64,000 nt of DNA, taken from Terriglobia bacterium. GTDB lineage: Bacteria; Acidobacteriota; Terriglobia; JAJPHL01; JAPKYU01. The notes below the pieces were generated by a model, which was given only the letters and a program-made list of their open reading frames with translations, made no database searches and had not been told where the DNA came from. Position 1 is the first letter of the stretch; each line of letters starts with the position of its first letter. The stretch covers positions 192,001-256,000 of the forward strand of contig CBDCVK010000002.1 in assembly GCA_965223005.1 (NCBI GenBank), written 5' to 3'. Below are positions 12,235 to 23,317 of this stretch, piece after piece. The position numbers and the translations under genes are program-made.

Positions 12235-13155
12235 CTAGTAGATGCTTTCGGCGAAGACCTGGGAGAGATACTGGCGGCTGTCGCGAGCGCTTTCCAATGG
12301 CGGCGGCGCCGCAGGATTTTTCAAGTCCACGTCCTGCTCCACGACCGCCCATCCGTCATAGCCGAGACGTTGGAGTTCGTTGCGGAGCGCAGCAAAATCC
12401 ACCGCGCCCCTGCCCAGTTCGCAGAAAACTCCTCGGCGAACGCCTTCCAGGAACCCGACTTGGTCGATGCGCGCTCGCTCGAGCACTGCGGGGCGGATGT
12501 CCTTCAAGTGCAGGTATCCCACCCGATTGCCGAAGCGGCGCAGCGCCTCCACTGGGTCACCGCCGCCGTAGACATAGTGGCCGGTATCAAGGCAAAGACC
12601 GACCTCCTTCTCGTCCACCTCGGTCAGGAGTCGCTCCAGTTCGGCTGGGGTTTCAATATACGTGCCAGCGTGATGGTGAAAGACGCAGCGCAGGCCCAGG
12701 TCGCGGCAGGCGGACGACACCTTGCGCACGCTTTCAACAAGCACCTTCCACTCGTCGGCGTCGAGCGAAGGGCCGTCGGAGGCGGCCCGGCCGGCGACCG
12801 CTTCCCGTTCCGGCCACATCGCGTCGACCAGCACGATAAAACGCGCGCCGCAAGCTGCCAGCAGGCGCCCCACGACGAGCGCCTGCTCGATCACCTGATC
12901 TGCGCCTTCCCGCTCCTTCAAAGGCAACAGTATGGCTGCCGAGGTCAGAACCAGTGAACGTCGGGCCAGTTCATCGCGAAGCCGCATGGGCTCGGTCGGG
13001 AAGTACCCATAGGGGCCCAGTTCCGTTCCCATGTAACCTGCGGAGGCAATCTCATCCAGTACCCGAGCGCAGGGGATCGGCGGGCTCCACCCTTCCACCT
13101 CCATGATCCCCCAGCTCGCTGGAGCGTTGGCCAAGCGTACCACTAGCTGGCTCAT
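12235..13155 (-). CDS. Inosose dehydratase (IolE)-like sugar phosphate isomerase/epimerase, TIM barrel
   Basis: NAPASWG, GTELGPYGY, FHHHAGTYIETP, LDTGH, HLKD, VVEQD. Confidence 0.85.
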   Translation of the reverse strand: MSQLVVRLANAPASWGIMEVEGWSPPIPCARVLDEIASAGYMGTELGPYGYFPTEPMRLRDELARRSLVLTSAAILLPLKEREGADQVIEQALVVGRLLAACGARFIVLVDAMWPEREAVAGRAASDGPSLDADEWKVLVESVRKVSSACRDLGLRCVFHHHAGTYIETPAELERLLTEVDEKEVGLCLDTGHYVYGGGDPVEALRRFGNRVGYLHLKDIRPAVLERARIDQVGFLEGVRRGVFCELGRGAVDFAALRNELQRLGYDGWAVVEQDVDLKNPAAPPPLESARDSRQYLSQVFAESIY

Positions 13156-13406
13156 CGTTGCCCTCTCACACTGTGTATCATGGACCACTGGGACACGAAG
13201 GTCTTTTGTCCTTTATTCGCCACGGCGCCAGGCGCTGTCTCCGGAGAATCCAGGCGAAGAACTCCTACATTGTAATATTGCCAGCTAAGCCAAGATGAAG
13301 AAAGCCTCGCTGACCAAGGCGCTATTCAGAACCGGGGCGGAGATTCGCCACTAGTTTTCCGTCGAAGGGAGACCCCCTTTTTGCCGGGCAATCAGAGGCC
13401 GCACAC

Positions 13407-13910
13407 TTATCGCGGCGATGCTGGCACCCGGTCAATTTGTTCTAAGGAACGGCCAGAGCTAAACTCCTGCGCACGCCACGCGTACATTTGCTTTTCCATC
13501 TGATGGAATTTATAAGCTCGCCGGATGACCAAGCGAAGTTCCACGACGTCGGGGGGAATGGCGACCGTGTCGTAGGCGCCTTTTTCCAAGACCCTGCGCG
13601 TCACTGTGAGGTTATCGCTCTCGAGCAACGCGATGACGGGCGGCGGCAGATCGACCTGGTGGATTTGCTCCATGAAGCGAGAGCAGGGAAGCAAACAGTC
13701 GGGATCACCCTCGCCGCCGCCCGCCCGGAGATCCAAGAGCACGAGGTCGCACCAATCTTGCTGCCCGCCATCAAAGTCAAAATCGGGTCGATCGCTCCTG
13801 CGGATCTCGTAGCCCGACCCCAAAGATTTTCCTATGACTTCAGCGAAACCTGCATCCGGGCCGCAGAACCAAACGCGAATGTTTTCCTCATGCATGTGGC
13901 ACACTCTCAC
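13407..13910 (-). CDS. CheY-like receiver-domain protein resembling the N-terminus of an NtrC-type regulator (possibly truncated)
   Basis: DLVLLDL, PPVIAL, KGAYD..PPDVVELRLVIRRA. No AAA+ domain follows. Confidence 0.6.
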   Translation of the reverse strand: MRVCHMHEENIRVWFCGPDAGFAEVIGKSLGSGYEIRRSDRPDFDFDGGQQDWCDLVLLDLRAGGGEGDPDCLLPCSRFMEQIHQVDLPPPVIALLESDNLTVTRRVLEKGAYDTVAIPPDVVELRLVIRRAYKFHQMEKQMYAWRAQEFSSGRSLEQIDRVPASPR

Positions 13911-14277
13911 AGGACTTATTCGAGGGGATCTGCGCGCTATCGGCCCTCCGGGCGGCCCATAGGCTGAACTTCTCGCAGCAGGCGGCAGGTGCTTCCTGCG
14001 CTAAGGTCTCAAGTGACACCTTCCTGCCGATGCTGTCACTGATTCTCTCTGACGTCATGTTGAGAGTCAATGGAACTACAGTCCTACATGGGGATAGCCA
14101 AAAGGTACTGGCCGATACAGTACTTGCTTTCAAAAACTGATTCTACTCGACCTGATCTTGGCGCGCAAGAAGCGGAAAGTCTCTAGCCAAAAAAAAGATC
14201 ACCGGGAAAGAAGTCCGAACCAAACCGCCATGTGTTTTCCTGGGGCTTACCGCGTCTCATGTCAGGTGATCTTAGTC

Positions 14278-16176
14278 CTATGTTTCGGGGACCTCTGCCG
14301 GGATCCCCACCAGGATTTCAACCTTGACCGGTTGCCCCGCCTGTGTGGCCGGCCTGAATTTCCAGCGGCGGAAGGCGGCTACTGCGGCTCGATCCGAGAT
14401 CTCCTCTAATCTTCTCAAAACACGCACGTTGCCTACCGATCCATCACTTCGGATCACTCCACGCAGCACAATCATTAGGTGGGCTTTGTCCTTAGGAACA
14501 GATGCCCGACTGAAATCAAATTGCTCCTCCGCGTAAGGCGAGCCCAAGCTTGGCGCGAGTCGAACGTTGGTAGTCCTTTTGCGACGTGCTCCACCGTTGG
14601 AACCAGCGGAAGAATTGCCGCGGCGGCAGTACTGCAGAACCCAATTCTTGCCGGGCATCGGGAGAGAGATGGTGTAGATCCGGCCTCCTCGAAGCACGCC
14701 ATACACGTTCAATCCACCGCCTCCAGTAGGACCGGCCCTAACCAGCATCTTAGGCCGGCGAGGACCAGGCGCACGTCTTACGGGATAAACCAGGCTGGCA
14801 ATAGCAGCCGAGCTAAGACCCTCTGCTCCGGAAGCAGTTCCCACTCCGGAAGCAGCACCTGCTCCGGAAACGCCCTCGATTCCGGAAACGCCTGGGGCAC
14901 CGCCGCTACCGCTGATACTGACGAAGCCGCCACCCGCAGACTGGCCACCTGCTCCGCTCCCTGCTCCGGATCCGGAACCCTTGCCCCCCGTTCCCCCGCT
15001 GCCGCTGCCTCCTAGTCCGCCCTGTGGGTCCCCTCCAGGGACCCCGCCCGGCGAGCCTGGAGAACCACCAAAGGGTGACATAGAGAAGGCACCGTACCGG
15101 TTTCCTGGGGGAAGCCCAATCTTCGGAAGCGCGCCCCCGGGTTCGACGCCCAACACAAGTAACTCGGGATGATCACCCTGTAGCGCGGATCCGCTTGTGG
15201 CGCTTTGTTTGCCCGATCCCTCTCCCAAAGGCGGCCGGGGCGCGGCCACTTCAAGAATGGGCATTGGCACTATTGCGGGCTCTTGAACAAGATGCAGATC
15301 CGCGGGCTTCGGCGCAACAAGAGGAGCCGGCGCCTTTTGCCCACGAATCTTGACCTTGGGATTCGGCAGAGGAGGTTTAGGAAGCGGCGAGGGCGCCTTG
15401 AGGACTACATTGGGGAGGCGAAGCTCTACCGGAATTATCAATTCGGGAGGGGAATCAGGTTGCAAGATCGTCTGGCGAGTATTATCGGGAGCAGGTGGAG
15501 CCGAGACGATCGTTGCTCGGGGATGGAAAACGGTACTTCCCCGAGCAGGCGGCCGATCAGGCCGAGTGCCACGCCCAGGACTCCCAGAGGGCCCGCGTGC
15601 TTGCATCGGAGGCAGATACATAGCGATGTCTACAAGTTTCACTTCCCGGGGCGGGGGAGCAGGGCGATTCTCTAGAGAAAACAGCGAGGGAAAAAGTAAC
15701 AGGAACGGCACGCGCACAACGAAGAAGGGCAGCGCGAAGTGAAGCAGAACGGAACAAAAAAGCGCACGAGACGGTCGGTAGGATTTTGATGTGAACAGAT
15801 GGAAAAACAACGGGAGCGTCGGATAGGGAATTCTTCGGGAACGACGACACAGGGCCTTCAGTCCTTCCCAAAGGGCTCGATGCCGGGCTTCTCTCTGAAG
15901 CAAGAACTGTGGGGCGCCTTCTTGATCCTCCGGCGGGATCGGGGGAGTTTCGGGGGAACGACGCACCAGAGCCTTCAGTCCTTCCCAAAGAGCTCGATGC
16001 CGTGGTTCTGTCTGAACCAAGAACTGTAGGGCGCCTTCTTGATCCTCCAACGGGACCGGGGGAGTTTCGGGGGAACGACGACACAGCTCCTGCAGTCCTT
16101 CCCAAGAGGCTCGGCGCCCATCTTCTTCAGGGAGGAGAAACCGTGGTGAGCGCTCTGGATTCTCTATTGGTTCCAT
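14278..16176 (-). CDS. TonB-like energy transducer (TM helix, Pro/Gly-rich linker, TonB C-terminal domain)
   Basis: SVLLH anchor; C-terminal GVIRSDGSVGNVRVL...AAVAAFRRWKFRPATQAGQPV. Confidence 0.8.
   Translation of the reverse strand: MEPIENPERSPRFLLPEEDGRRASWEGLQELCRRSPETPPVPLEDQEGALQFLVQTEPRHRALWEGLKALVRRSPETPPIPPEDQEGAPQFLLQREARHRALWEGLKALCRRSRRIPYPTLPLFFHLFTSKSYRPSRALFCSVLLHFALPFFVVRVPFLLLFPSLFSLENRPAPPPREVKLVDIAMYLPPMQARGPSGSPGRGTRPDRPPARGSTVFHPRATIVSAPPAPDNTRQTILQPDSPPELIIPVELRLPNVVLKAPSPLPKPPLPNPKVKIRGQKAPAPLVAPKPADLHLVQEPAIVPMPILEVAAPRPPLGEGSGKQSATSGSALQGDHPELLVLGVEPGGALPKIGLPPGNRYGAFSMSPFGGSPGSPGGVPGGDPQGGLGGSGSGGTGGKGSGSGAGSGAGGQSAGGGFVSISGSGGAPGVSGIEGVSGAGAASGVGTASGAEGLSSAAIASLVYPVRRAPGPRRPKMLVRAGPTGGGGLNVYGVLRGGRIYTISLPMPGKNWVLQYCRRGNSSAGSNGGARRKRTTNVRLAPSLGSPYAEEQFDFSRASVPKDKAHLMIVLRGVIRSDGSVGNVRVLRRLEEISDRAAVAAFRRWKFRPATQAGQPVKVEILVGIPAEVPET
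15835..16145 (-). repeat. About 2.7 copies of a 117-bp (39-aa) tandem repeat in the TonB N-terminus
   Basis: CAGTCCTTCCCA recurs at 15859, 15976 and 16093; protein unit QFL..E.RHRALWEGLKAL.RRSPETPP.P.EDQEGA. Confidence 0.9.
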
Positions 16177-16359
16177 TGTTTGAGCTTGCGGCAGCCTCTC
16201 AAGGTCTCCTCCTACAGCAGGGAGAAGGAAACGTGCCGCGGAGCTATTCTAACCCAAGCCAGCAGACCCGCGTCTCGGAATACGGTACACCGAAGGTTCG
16301 CTCAGAGCCCTAAAATTCGTCCGGAACTCGCCTCTATCCAGGCCAACGGCCATCGTATT

Positions 16360-16524
16360 TCAACTGCGTGTATTGGGTGTCGAGATCAGAACATCCGCAT
16401 CGCCTGCCTGTTCCCTCAAGTTCGCATCAAACAGACCGTTGTAGAGCGGATTCTCTACGTGGCGGAAGGTATTAGGCTCTTGCGTCGGCAGGCAACCCCG
16501 CGCTCCCCATATTTCCACGCGCAT
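16360..16524 (-). pseudogene. Internally deleted MBL-fold metallo-hydrolase remnant
   Basis: MRVEIWGARGCLPT matches the family N-terminus (MRVRFWGTRGSIPT) and is joined almost directly to AGDADVLI from the C-terminal part. Confidence 0.55.
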
Positions 16525-16548
16525 TCCGGCACCTTCCCCAACGGGGAT

Positions 16549-16565
16549 AGCACGTGTTGTGCCAA
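16549..16565 (-). promoter_or_regulatory. Putative sigma-54 promoter
   Basis: Minus strand TTGGCAC-AACAC-GTGCT fits the -24/-12 consensus TGGCAC-N5-TTGCW, about 25 nt before ATG 16524. Confidence 0.5.
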
Positions 16566-16931
16566 ATGAAAGCTTGAGAGGAAACGCGGACGCCCTCTTG
16601 TGAACCCCTCTGCAAGACGGCCACTTAACGCCCACCGCGCGGTGGGTCTCGGCGACCAAGGTTCCTTGCGGAGTATCCTTTTCAGGACACCAATGCTGCC
16701 CAAGAGGACTTATGCTCCTTGAGCCCAGCGGTCTCCAATCGGGAACACATCTTCGCGCAGGGATGTGCCGTTTTCGGGCCAGAAGTATAGGCGGCGGACG
16801 ATCTGCCAGGTGAGGGTAGAAGCAGCGGGTGGGGGTAGAAAGGACAAACTGGTTCCGGCGCCGGGCGGATGATTCTTTCTTTCCGGTTCCCGCGCTCTCC
16901 TCGATGCTATACTGTCTGACCTGCGAGCCCA

Positions 16932-18376
16932 TGCCTTTGGCCGTCCAGGAACGCGAGCAGCGCATCCGCATTGCGGTCTTTGACCTCAACCCAAACACAG
17001 GCGCGTTTCGCGAGCATACCCACACGCTGGCTGTCGGGCCTGCTTCGGCTACCATCCGCCTGCGGCACCCGGTGGTACCCGGGACCACTCTGACGATCTA
17101 CAACCTGGAGAACGGTAAGCAGGCGGATTTCGTAATGGAAAGCGCACCTGCGCCGCAGCAAGTCCGGGTGCGGCCGGCCGACCAGGCGGTGGACATCTGG
17201 GAGCCAACACAAGCAACGCCGGCGTCTGAAGAAGCCCCGGCGCCTGAAGAACCCCGTGTGACGCGGGAGGATCTCGAACAGGGAAGGCCACCCATCGCCG
17301 AGACGCAGCAAGGCATTGAAACCGGAGAGGTGCGCGTTGCTGCAGACGAGGGGACGGCCCGCGAAGCGGCCGCGCGCGTTGTGGAGGGGGAAGAGACTGT
17401 CGCTCGCGCCGTCGACTACGCACACCTGCTCGATGTCCACATCGACGTGCAGGCGCGCACGCTGGAAGTAACGCAGCGCGAGGCGATGGGCGTTTCGCTG
17501 CGCACCGTCCAGTCACTGCGCCGCGAACTGGAGGAGTTGGTCGACCGCGCGGCGATGTCGCGCGGTCGAGCCGAGAAGCTTACCCGCGAGGCCACCGACG
17601 CCTGCGCGCGCGCGGCGGCTTCCGCCAGCGACCTGCAAGCGCTACGTGCGGATAAAAAAGCGGCCGACCAGAAGCTTGCCGAAGTGCGTCACCACTTGAA
17701 AGAGGCCGAGTCTGCCTTTGCCGCCGTGCGCGCTGAAGTGGCGCGCACCGCCCCGATGGTCGCGCCTTCCCGGAGCCGTGTTCCCGCGCCGCCTCCAACA
17801 ACGGAAGGACCTCCCGAAGCAAAGGCGGCCCCCGAGCCGGTCGTGACCCCAGAGCCGGTGGCGGCCCCCGAGCCAGTGGTGACCCCCGAGCCGGCGGCGG
17901 CCCCCGAGCCGGTCGTGACCCCAGAGCCAGTGGCGGCCCCCGAGCCAGTGGTGACCGCCGAACCGGCGGTGGCCCCCGAGCCAGTGGCAGCCTCCGAGCC
18001 GATGGCGACCGCCGAGCCAGTGGCGGCCACCCGTGCGAACCGAGAGGCTTCGCTCACTACGACCCGGCAGTTCGTGGCAGGTTTCTCCGGCCCTGTTTCC
18101 TGGGATGACCGGCGCACGACGCGGCGCATCCAAGTGCGAACCCGTGCGCGTATTCGCCGCCCGGACTTGGTCGAGGTCGTGCAACCCATCAACCTCTCAC
18201 GCCGCGGCCTTTGTTTTGAAAGCCGCTACCCCTACGAACTGAACAGCGCCGTCTGGGTGGTACTGCACTACCAGGAAGACACTGCAGATCTGATCGAGAC
18301 GCCGAGCCGCATCGTCCGCATTATCCCGCGCGGTAACGGCGAGTCCCCTTACTACGGCGTCCGCTTCGAAGCCTAA
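16932..18376 (+). CDS. Protein with coiled coil, Pro-rich repeat linker and C-terminal PilZ domain
   Basis: DDRRTTRR and NLSRRG motifs near the C-terminus. Start codon uncertain. Confidence 0.75.
17824..18027 (+). repeat. 18-bp tandem repeats encoding (A/V)(A/T)PEPV, about 11 copies
   Basis: Alternating GCGGCCCCCGAGCCRGTS and GTGACCCCAGAGCCRGTG units. Confidence 0.92.
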
Positions 18377-18610
18377 AGGAATTCTCTGCGGATGGGCACG
18401 TACGAACACGGACTCCAAGAACGGGTCTACGCATTACCTAGATACTTGGCAGGGCTTCCGGGCGACCACTATGCGCGGCCAATATATTGGAATTGAGTGG
18501 CGGGCGATGGAATAGCTGGCGGGGCATTGTTCGCCGGTTGTTTGCGAAATCTGCCAGCTTGACGAAGACCTACCGGGAGCCTACACTGAAAACGAGAGTT
18601 AGCTTCATCG

Positions 18611-18687
18611 GCGCCCGTAGCTCAGCTGGATAGAGCGTTGGTCTCCGGAACCAAAGGCCGCAGGTTCGAATCCTGCCGGGCGTACCA
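18611..18687 (+). tRNA. tRNA-Arg(CCG)
   Basis: GCGCCCG/CGGGCGT acceptor stem, D arm TAGCTCAGCTGGATAGAGC, anticodon arm TTGGT-CTCCGGA-ACCAA, T arm GCAGG-TTCGAAT-CCTGC, encoded CCA. Confidence 0.97.
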
Positions 18688-18692
18688 GCTTT

Positions 18693-19865
18693 TCAACGAC
18701 TTAGGGGGGGGCATTCTCCCTGAGGCCCTATTTGTGACGTGGTTTGTGACGTAACCGCCCCCTGCACCCCACCCACACTGGCCTCCACGACGCTGCTGGG
18801 AAGACCCGGTTCGGGTAAGGCGGGAGACTCCCGGACCGCCGATAACGCTTCCACCGCAGCCCTCTTGGCAGCCAGCCGAGGATGGGAGTACCAGCGCGTC
18901 ATGGCGGGGTCCAAGTGCCCGACGATCTCTCGGATTACGCCCTCCGGGACACCGGCCTCCAGCATTTCAGTAACACATTGGTGGCGGAGGTCGTAGTAGC
19001 GGAATCCCGGTAGTCCGGCGGCTTTGCGAAGAGAGCGCCATGCCGACCTCCAGCTACTCATCGGCCTGGTGCCGTCAACCTTTGGCCAGAGGCGGTGGAA
19101 TACGAAGTTGTCAGGCTGATTTGTGCCGAGAATCTCGGCCCGCTTTCGAAGGGCACATATGGCGACCCAAGCTTCGTCGTTCAGGGGCACCACCCGAAGA
19201 CCTGCGTCGGTCTTACTGCGGTGAACCAGAACCGTCCGTTCGTTTGCATCAACGTCTCGCCAACGCGAGGACCGTAGTTCCGAGGGCCGCAGAGAGGCGT
19301 TCGCGGTGAGAAGCGCTGCGCAGTACGCAACAAACCAGTCGGGGTTGCTTGCGGCTGTCTGGTAAAGACGCAACTTCTCTTCTTCACTCAGCAGCCGGAC
19401 GCGCGGACGCGGCACAGGTAGCATCTGGACGTCCGGCACACGGACTTTTGCCAGCCTGAGAAGGCGGAGAAGCAGCTTCAGTTCGTGGTTGATGGTGCGC
19501 GGATGTCGTCCGGCAGCGCAACGATGGCGCTGGTAGTTGCGGACGTGATCCTCTGTGATTTGATTGATCCGCAAACCAATGAACAAAGCCCCGAGCGGCT
19601 TGAGCCTTGCTGCTTCCGGTTTCCATGTGGGTTCCGGGGTGAGAAGCTTCCGGTGTTCAAGGTAACGGTTGGCAGCTTCCGCGAAAGGTACTCGTGACAA
19701 CTGTCGGCTTGAGGCGGCAAGCTTGCCTTCACTCGCCTGCGAGATCAGCTGCTTATCGCGAGCTTGGGCCTCGCGCCAGTCCTTAGTGTGGAGGGACTGC
19801 CGGTACCGCTGGCCGTTGACCGAAAAGTCCGTCCACCAGGTCTTGCGTCGTTTGTAGGGTGCCAA
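18693..19865 (-). CDS. Tyrosine integrase
   Basis: LRPSEL (R), SKT (K), YDLRH (HxxR variant), VGH and RWY catalytic motifs; N-terminal arm-binding-like [21 protein letters not shown]. Confidence 0.95.
   Translation of the reverse strand: MAPYKRRKTWWTDFSVNGQRYRQSLHTKDWREAQARDKQLISQASEGKLAASSRQLSRVPFAEAANRYLEHRKLLTPEPTWKPEAARLKPLGALFIGLRINQITEDHVRNYQRHRCAAGRHPRTINHELKLLLRLLRLAKVRVPDVQMLPVPRPRVRLLSEEEKLRLYQTAASNPDWFVAYCAALLTANASLRPSELRSSRWRDVDANERTVLVHRSKTDAGLRVVPLNDEAWVAICALRKRAEILGTNQPDNFVFHRLWPKVDGTRPMSSWRSAWRSLRKAAGLPGFRYYDLRHQCVTEMLEAGVPEGVIREIVGHLDPAMTRWYSHPRLAAKRAAVEALSAVRESPALPEPGLPSSVVEASVGGVQGAVTSQTTSQIGPQGECPPLSR
18732..18755 (+). other. Putative integrase arm-type sites (TTGTGAC x2), left end
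   Basis: TTGTGACGTGGTTTGTGACGTAAC; near-identical TTGTGACGTACTTTGTGACATAAC at 45645-45668. Confidence 0.7.
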
Positions 19866-19868
19866 TGC

Positions 19869-20594
19869 TTATTCTCCTTCTTCATGCTTGAGTTTTCTTA
19901 CCGGTTCCTGTTGAGGGGCAGCAGGTTCGTGCGCTGGTTGCTGCGGCGCGGGGCGTTGCGGCGCCGGCACGTCCAACGGCTCCACAATGATGGTCTCTCG
20001 CTCTTTGCCGATTTGGAACGCCTCAGCAGGCATGGGGGCGCCCTCGAAGATGTAGATAACCCCGACACCTTTTCCGGGCAGTCTCTGAGGTTGGCAAATA
20101 TCCAAGACCTGCGTGAGAAGCGGACCCAGTGTTATGATCTGAATGCTGGCAGTCACGCCGCTCCTAAACACCCGCTTTCGGACATCCTGCGCTTGGGCTG
20201 CCTCGACCTCAATCGTGCCTTCGCTCGGCCAGAGCACCAGCTGAAGTTCCCTTAAGCTCCTTATCTGGGGCGCCAACTTCGCGCCAGCACCAGGGACAAG
20301 GTACTCATTCGCGAATCTCTTCTTTACGCCTCGTAGCGCTCCGGACTTTAGGACCTTTGCAATGACCTCAGGGCGCAACCCCGTCTGATAGAGCCGCCAC
20401 GCGATGGCAAGGGTCATCATATCGTCTACGCTATAGAGGCGTCGTTTTCCCTTGCCGCGCCCCTCGGCGACGGACGCTTTGATTCCGTAGATCGGACTTT
20501 CCAAGAACTTGACCAAGCGCCGTTTGGGCAGCCCGATCAACCGAGCGAGCAAGCCCGTCGGGAACACAGGTTCACGTAGGTTTTTCACTTTCAT
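19869..20594 (-). CDS. MerR-like HTH regulator of the element
   Basis: LARLIGLPKRRL...GRGKGKRRLYSVDD; upstream of int and divergent from xis. Confidence 0.6.
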   Translation of the reverse strand: MKVKNLREPVFPTGLLARLIGLPKRRLVKFLESPIYGIKASVAEGRGKGKRRLYSVDDMMTLAIAWRLYQTGLRPEVIAKVLKSGALRGVKKRFANEYLVPGAGAKLAPQIRSLRELQLVLWPSEGTIEVEAAQAQDVRKRVFRSGVTASIQIITLGPLLTQVLDICQPQRLPGKGVGVIYIFEGAPMPAEAFQIGKERETIIVEPLDVPAPQRPAPQQPAHEPAAPQQEPVRKLKHEEGE

Positions 20595-20686
20595 GTTGTA
20601 AAACCCCACTGGGGTTATGTATAATATCTATGGGACTACTTGAAGCCCTGTCCATGGCATACATCTTACACGAAGGAAAACAAGAA

Positions 20687-20899
20687 ATGCAAGTCCTCAC
20701 TGAGGATCGGGAAGCTGAATCCGTCGTTGACCCGCAGCCTATCGCTGTGAACGTCAACAAGGCCGCCGCACTCACGGACACCAGCCCCTACACCTGGCGA
20801 GTCTGGATTCGAGCTGGGAAGGTTCGCGCCACTCGTCTCGGCCGCCGAGTCGTCATCCCGATGGACGAGGTGCGGCGCGTGGTGCGCGATGGCATTTAA
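20687..20899 (+). CDS. Excisionase-like HTH protein
   Basis: VNKAAALTDTSPYTWRVWIRAGKVRATRLGRRVVIP. Confidence 0.85.
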   Translation: MQVLTEDREAESVVDPQPIAVNVNKAAALTDTSPYTWRVWIRAGKVRATRLGRRVVIPMDEVRRVVRDGI

Positions 20900-20984
20900 T
20901 CCCATGCTGCGCAGGCGGGAGGGAATCATGTCGAGGAGTAATTCCCAGACCGGGGTAGTCCCAGCCCAAATCAGGGGAGTTCCG

Positions 20985-21263
20985 ATGAGATTTCAGACCG
21001 AAGACCTGCCCTTCGCCAGCTACCTGCACTCCACTCGCAGGCTCCGTTTCGTTGGCTGCGAGCCTGTCAACGGTGCTGGGCGCGTAGCCTTCGTGTTCGA
21101 CGACCCGCATGGCGAAGGCGAGCAACTCAGTGTGGACTTCGAGGGCGGTGCGGAGTGCCCGGCGGCGGCCTTCTACGACGCTGTGCGCCACCTGCGGCGC
21201 GTGATGGACGGAGCAAGGAACAACCGGAACAAAGGAGCACGAGAGCATGAGCACCGCGACTAA
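20985..21263 (+). CDS. Small element protein, DUF5659-like
   Basis: FQTEDLPFASYL...GRVAFVFDD...FYDAVRHLR; RBS GGGGAG. Confidence 0.55.
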   Translation: MRFQTEDLPFASYLHSTRRLRFVGCEPVNGAGRVAFVFDDPHGEGEQLSVDFEGGAECPAAAFYDAVRHLRRVMDGARNNRNKGAREHEHRD

Positions 21264-23114
21264 CCCAAACACACCTCCCCGCGACAGCCTGGTCAGTACG
21301 ACAACCAATGGCCAAGCGCCCGTCAAGAAAAATGATGACGGGCAGGCCGTGTCGCCTGGGGCCACTTCGCTCAGCGCCGCACGTGTCTACCTGGACAGAG
21401 GCTGGGCACCTATCCCCATTCCGCATGGGGCAAAGGCACCGTGCCTACGCGAGTGGACCAGCCTCCGCGTGAGCGCAGACGACCTGCCCCACTTCTTTGC
21501 GAACGACTGTAATGTTGGGCTGCTGCTGGGCGCCGCATCAGGTGGGCTGGTGGACGTGGACTTGGATGTCCCAGAGGCGGTTGCTGCTGCTGAGTTGCTT
21601 CTCCCGAAGACGGGCATGGTTCACGGTCGTGCCGACAAACCACGCTCGCACCATTGGTACATCACCGCTTCCCCACCGGAGACGGCGAGGTGGCAGGACA
21701 TGAACGGTGATGTGCTATGCGAGCTACGCTCCACGGGCAGCCAGACCCTGGTGCCTCCCAGCCGCCATCCCGGTGGACAGGACTACAAGTGGCACGCCTT
21801 CGACGAACCCGCCCGCGTGGATGGCCCCACTCTGCGCCTTCATTGCGCGCTCATTGCCTCCTGTGCCTTTCTGGCTCGCCGCTGGCCTGCGCAGCCCAGC
21901 AATCGCCACCAACTCGCGCTGCCGCTTGCCGGGTTTCTGCTACAGGGTGGCCTGGATGAACAGCGCGCCTCGTTGATCGTACAGACCGTGGCCCGCATAG
22001 CGAGAGATGAAGAGGTCAAGGACCGCGTGGGAGCAGTCCGCGACACGGCTCGGAGGCTAGCAAGAGGTGAGCATGTAACGGGCGAGCTAGCCCTTGCCGG
22101 CTTGCTCGGCCAACCTGCAGTCCAACGACCGCGTGAAATGCTCCAGCTCCGCGACAACCGCAGCGTCTTGGACGCTCCCAGGGTCCAGTGGGAACTTCGC
22201 AGCTTTCAGGATGCGATGCAGGGCGCCAGTGACCGCCCCCCCTGGGTGATCGAGGACTTGGTGCTGGAGCAGAGCGGCACGTTGGTGTCGGCCCACCCGC
22301 ACAGCATGAAGTCCCTCGCGTGGCTCGCCGGCTGCCTTGAGGGCGTGGCGAAGAGGAAGGTGTGGGGGCACTTCGCAGCGCCGGACCTCGATAGCGCCCT
22401 TTTCGTCGAGACCGAGGACCCGCCCTGGCTAGTGGAGGGCCGAATCCGTGGCCTTGCCAAGGGCCTGGGACTGGACGAGAAGGAACCCCTGCCTGGCTTC
22501 CACTACACCTGCGTCGGGCCGTTTGACCTACTCCAGGAGGAGTCGAACATCAGGGGGTTGATTGACGATCACGGGCTGAAGCTGATCGTCGTCTCAACGT
22601 TGCAGAACCTGCTCAGCGGACGTAGTTGGAAGCAGCAGGACGACATGCAGCCCATCCTGGCCATGCTGGTGGGAATCTCGCGCCACTGCCCAACTGTCGT
22701 TCTGACCCACTCGCCATGGGATCGGAAGCAGAAGCGGCCGGCTGGCAGTGTGACGATAGCGGCGAACTTCGTCACGTCACTGCATTTCGAGAAGGTGATA
22801 AAAAAGGACCCGAACTACGTCCATGTCAGCGTGGACTCCAAGGTGGGAGCGCAGGAGACCGACTTTACCCTCCGGCTGAGCACCGATGGGGACCCACGCG
22901 ACCCGAGCAGCGTGCGGGCCTGGACTACATCGGCCCCGGATGGCCAAAAGGTGTCAAGAAGGACGCGGTGTTGGCTGCGCTGGAGGACGATCCCGACGCC
23001 CCGGCCGCGGAGATCGCGGAGCGCACTGGCGTGTCCCGCCGCTATGTGGAGAAGCTCATGAAGGAGGCGGGCAAGGGTGACAGGGGCAAGGGACGGAGGG
23101 AGGAGGAGTCGTAG
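21247..23114 (+). CDS. Bifunctional primase/polymerase fused to AAA_25-like helicase with C-terminal HTH (frameshift near 22916)
   Basis: GWAPIPIPHGAKAP, NVGLLLG..GLVDVDLD, PPSRHPGG; Walker A-like HSMKS. One added G joins the frame GLDYIGPGWPKG...AAEIAERTGVSRRYV. Confidence 0.85.
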
Positions 23115-23126
23115 CCTTGGGCGGGA

Positions 23127-23317
23127 CTTGTTCGCAAAGTTGTTCGCAGCCCTCTCGGAGCTTGTTCGCAAAGTTGTTCGCACCTTGTTCGCATGCGATT
23201 ACCATGTGCCTCGTTATCAATGAGTTACAGAATGGCGTTAGTTCGCGCACTTGTTCGCGCCCAGGTGGCGGCAAGCGAACGAACTAGGGGGCGTATGTAA
23301 TACGCCCCTAGTTCGCA
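23127..23317. repeat. Iteron cluster and palindrome: putative replication origin
   Basis: About 8 direct T(T/A)GTTCGC copies, plus inverted repeat CGAACTAGGGG(G)CGTAT...ATACGCCCCTAGTTCG (23280-23315), directly after the primase-helicase gene. Confidence 0.75.

Noticed and set aside
22905-22925. Programmed frameshift in the primase-helicase
   Set aside because: No slippery heptamer is present; a single missing G in a short G run is better explained by error or mutation.
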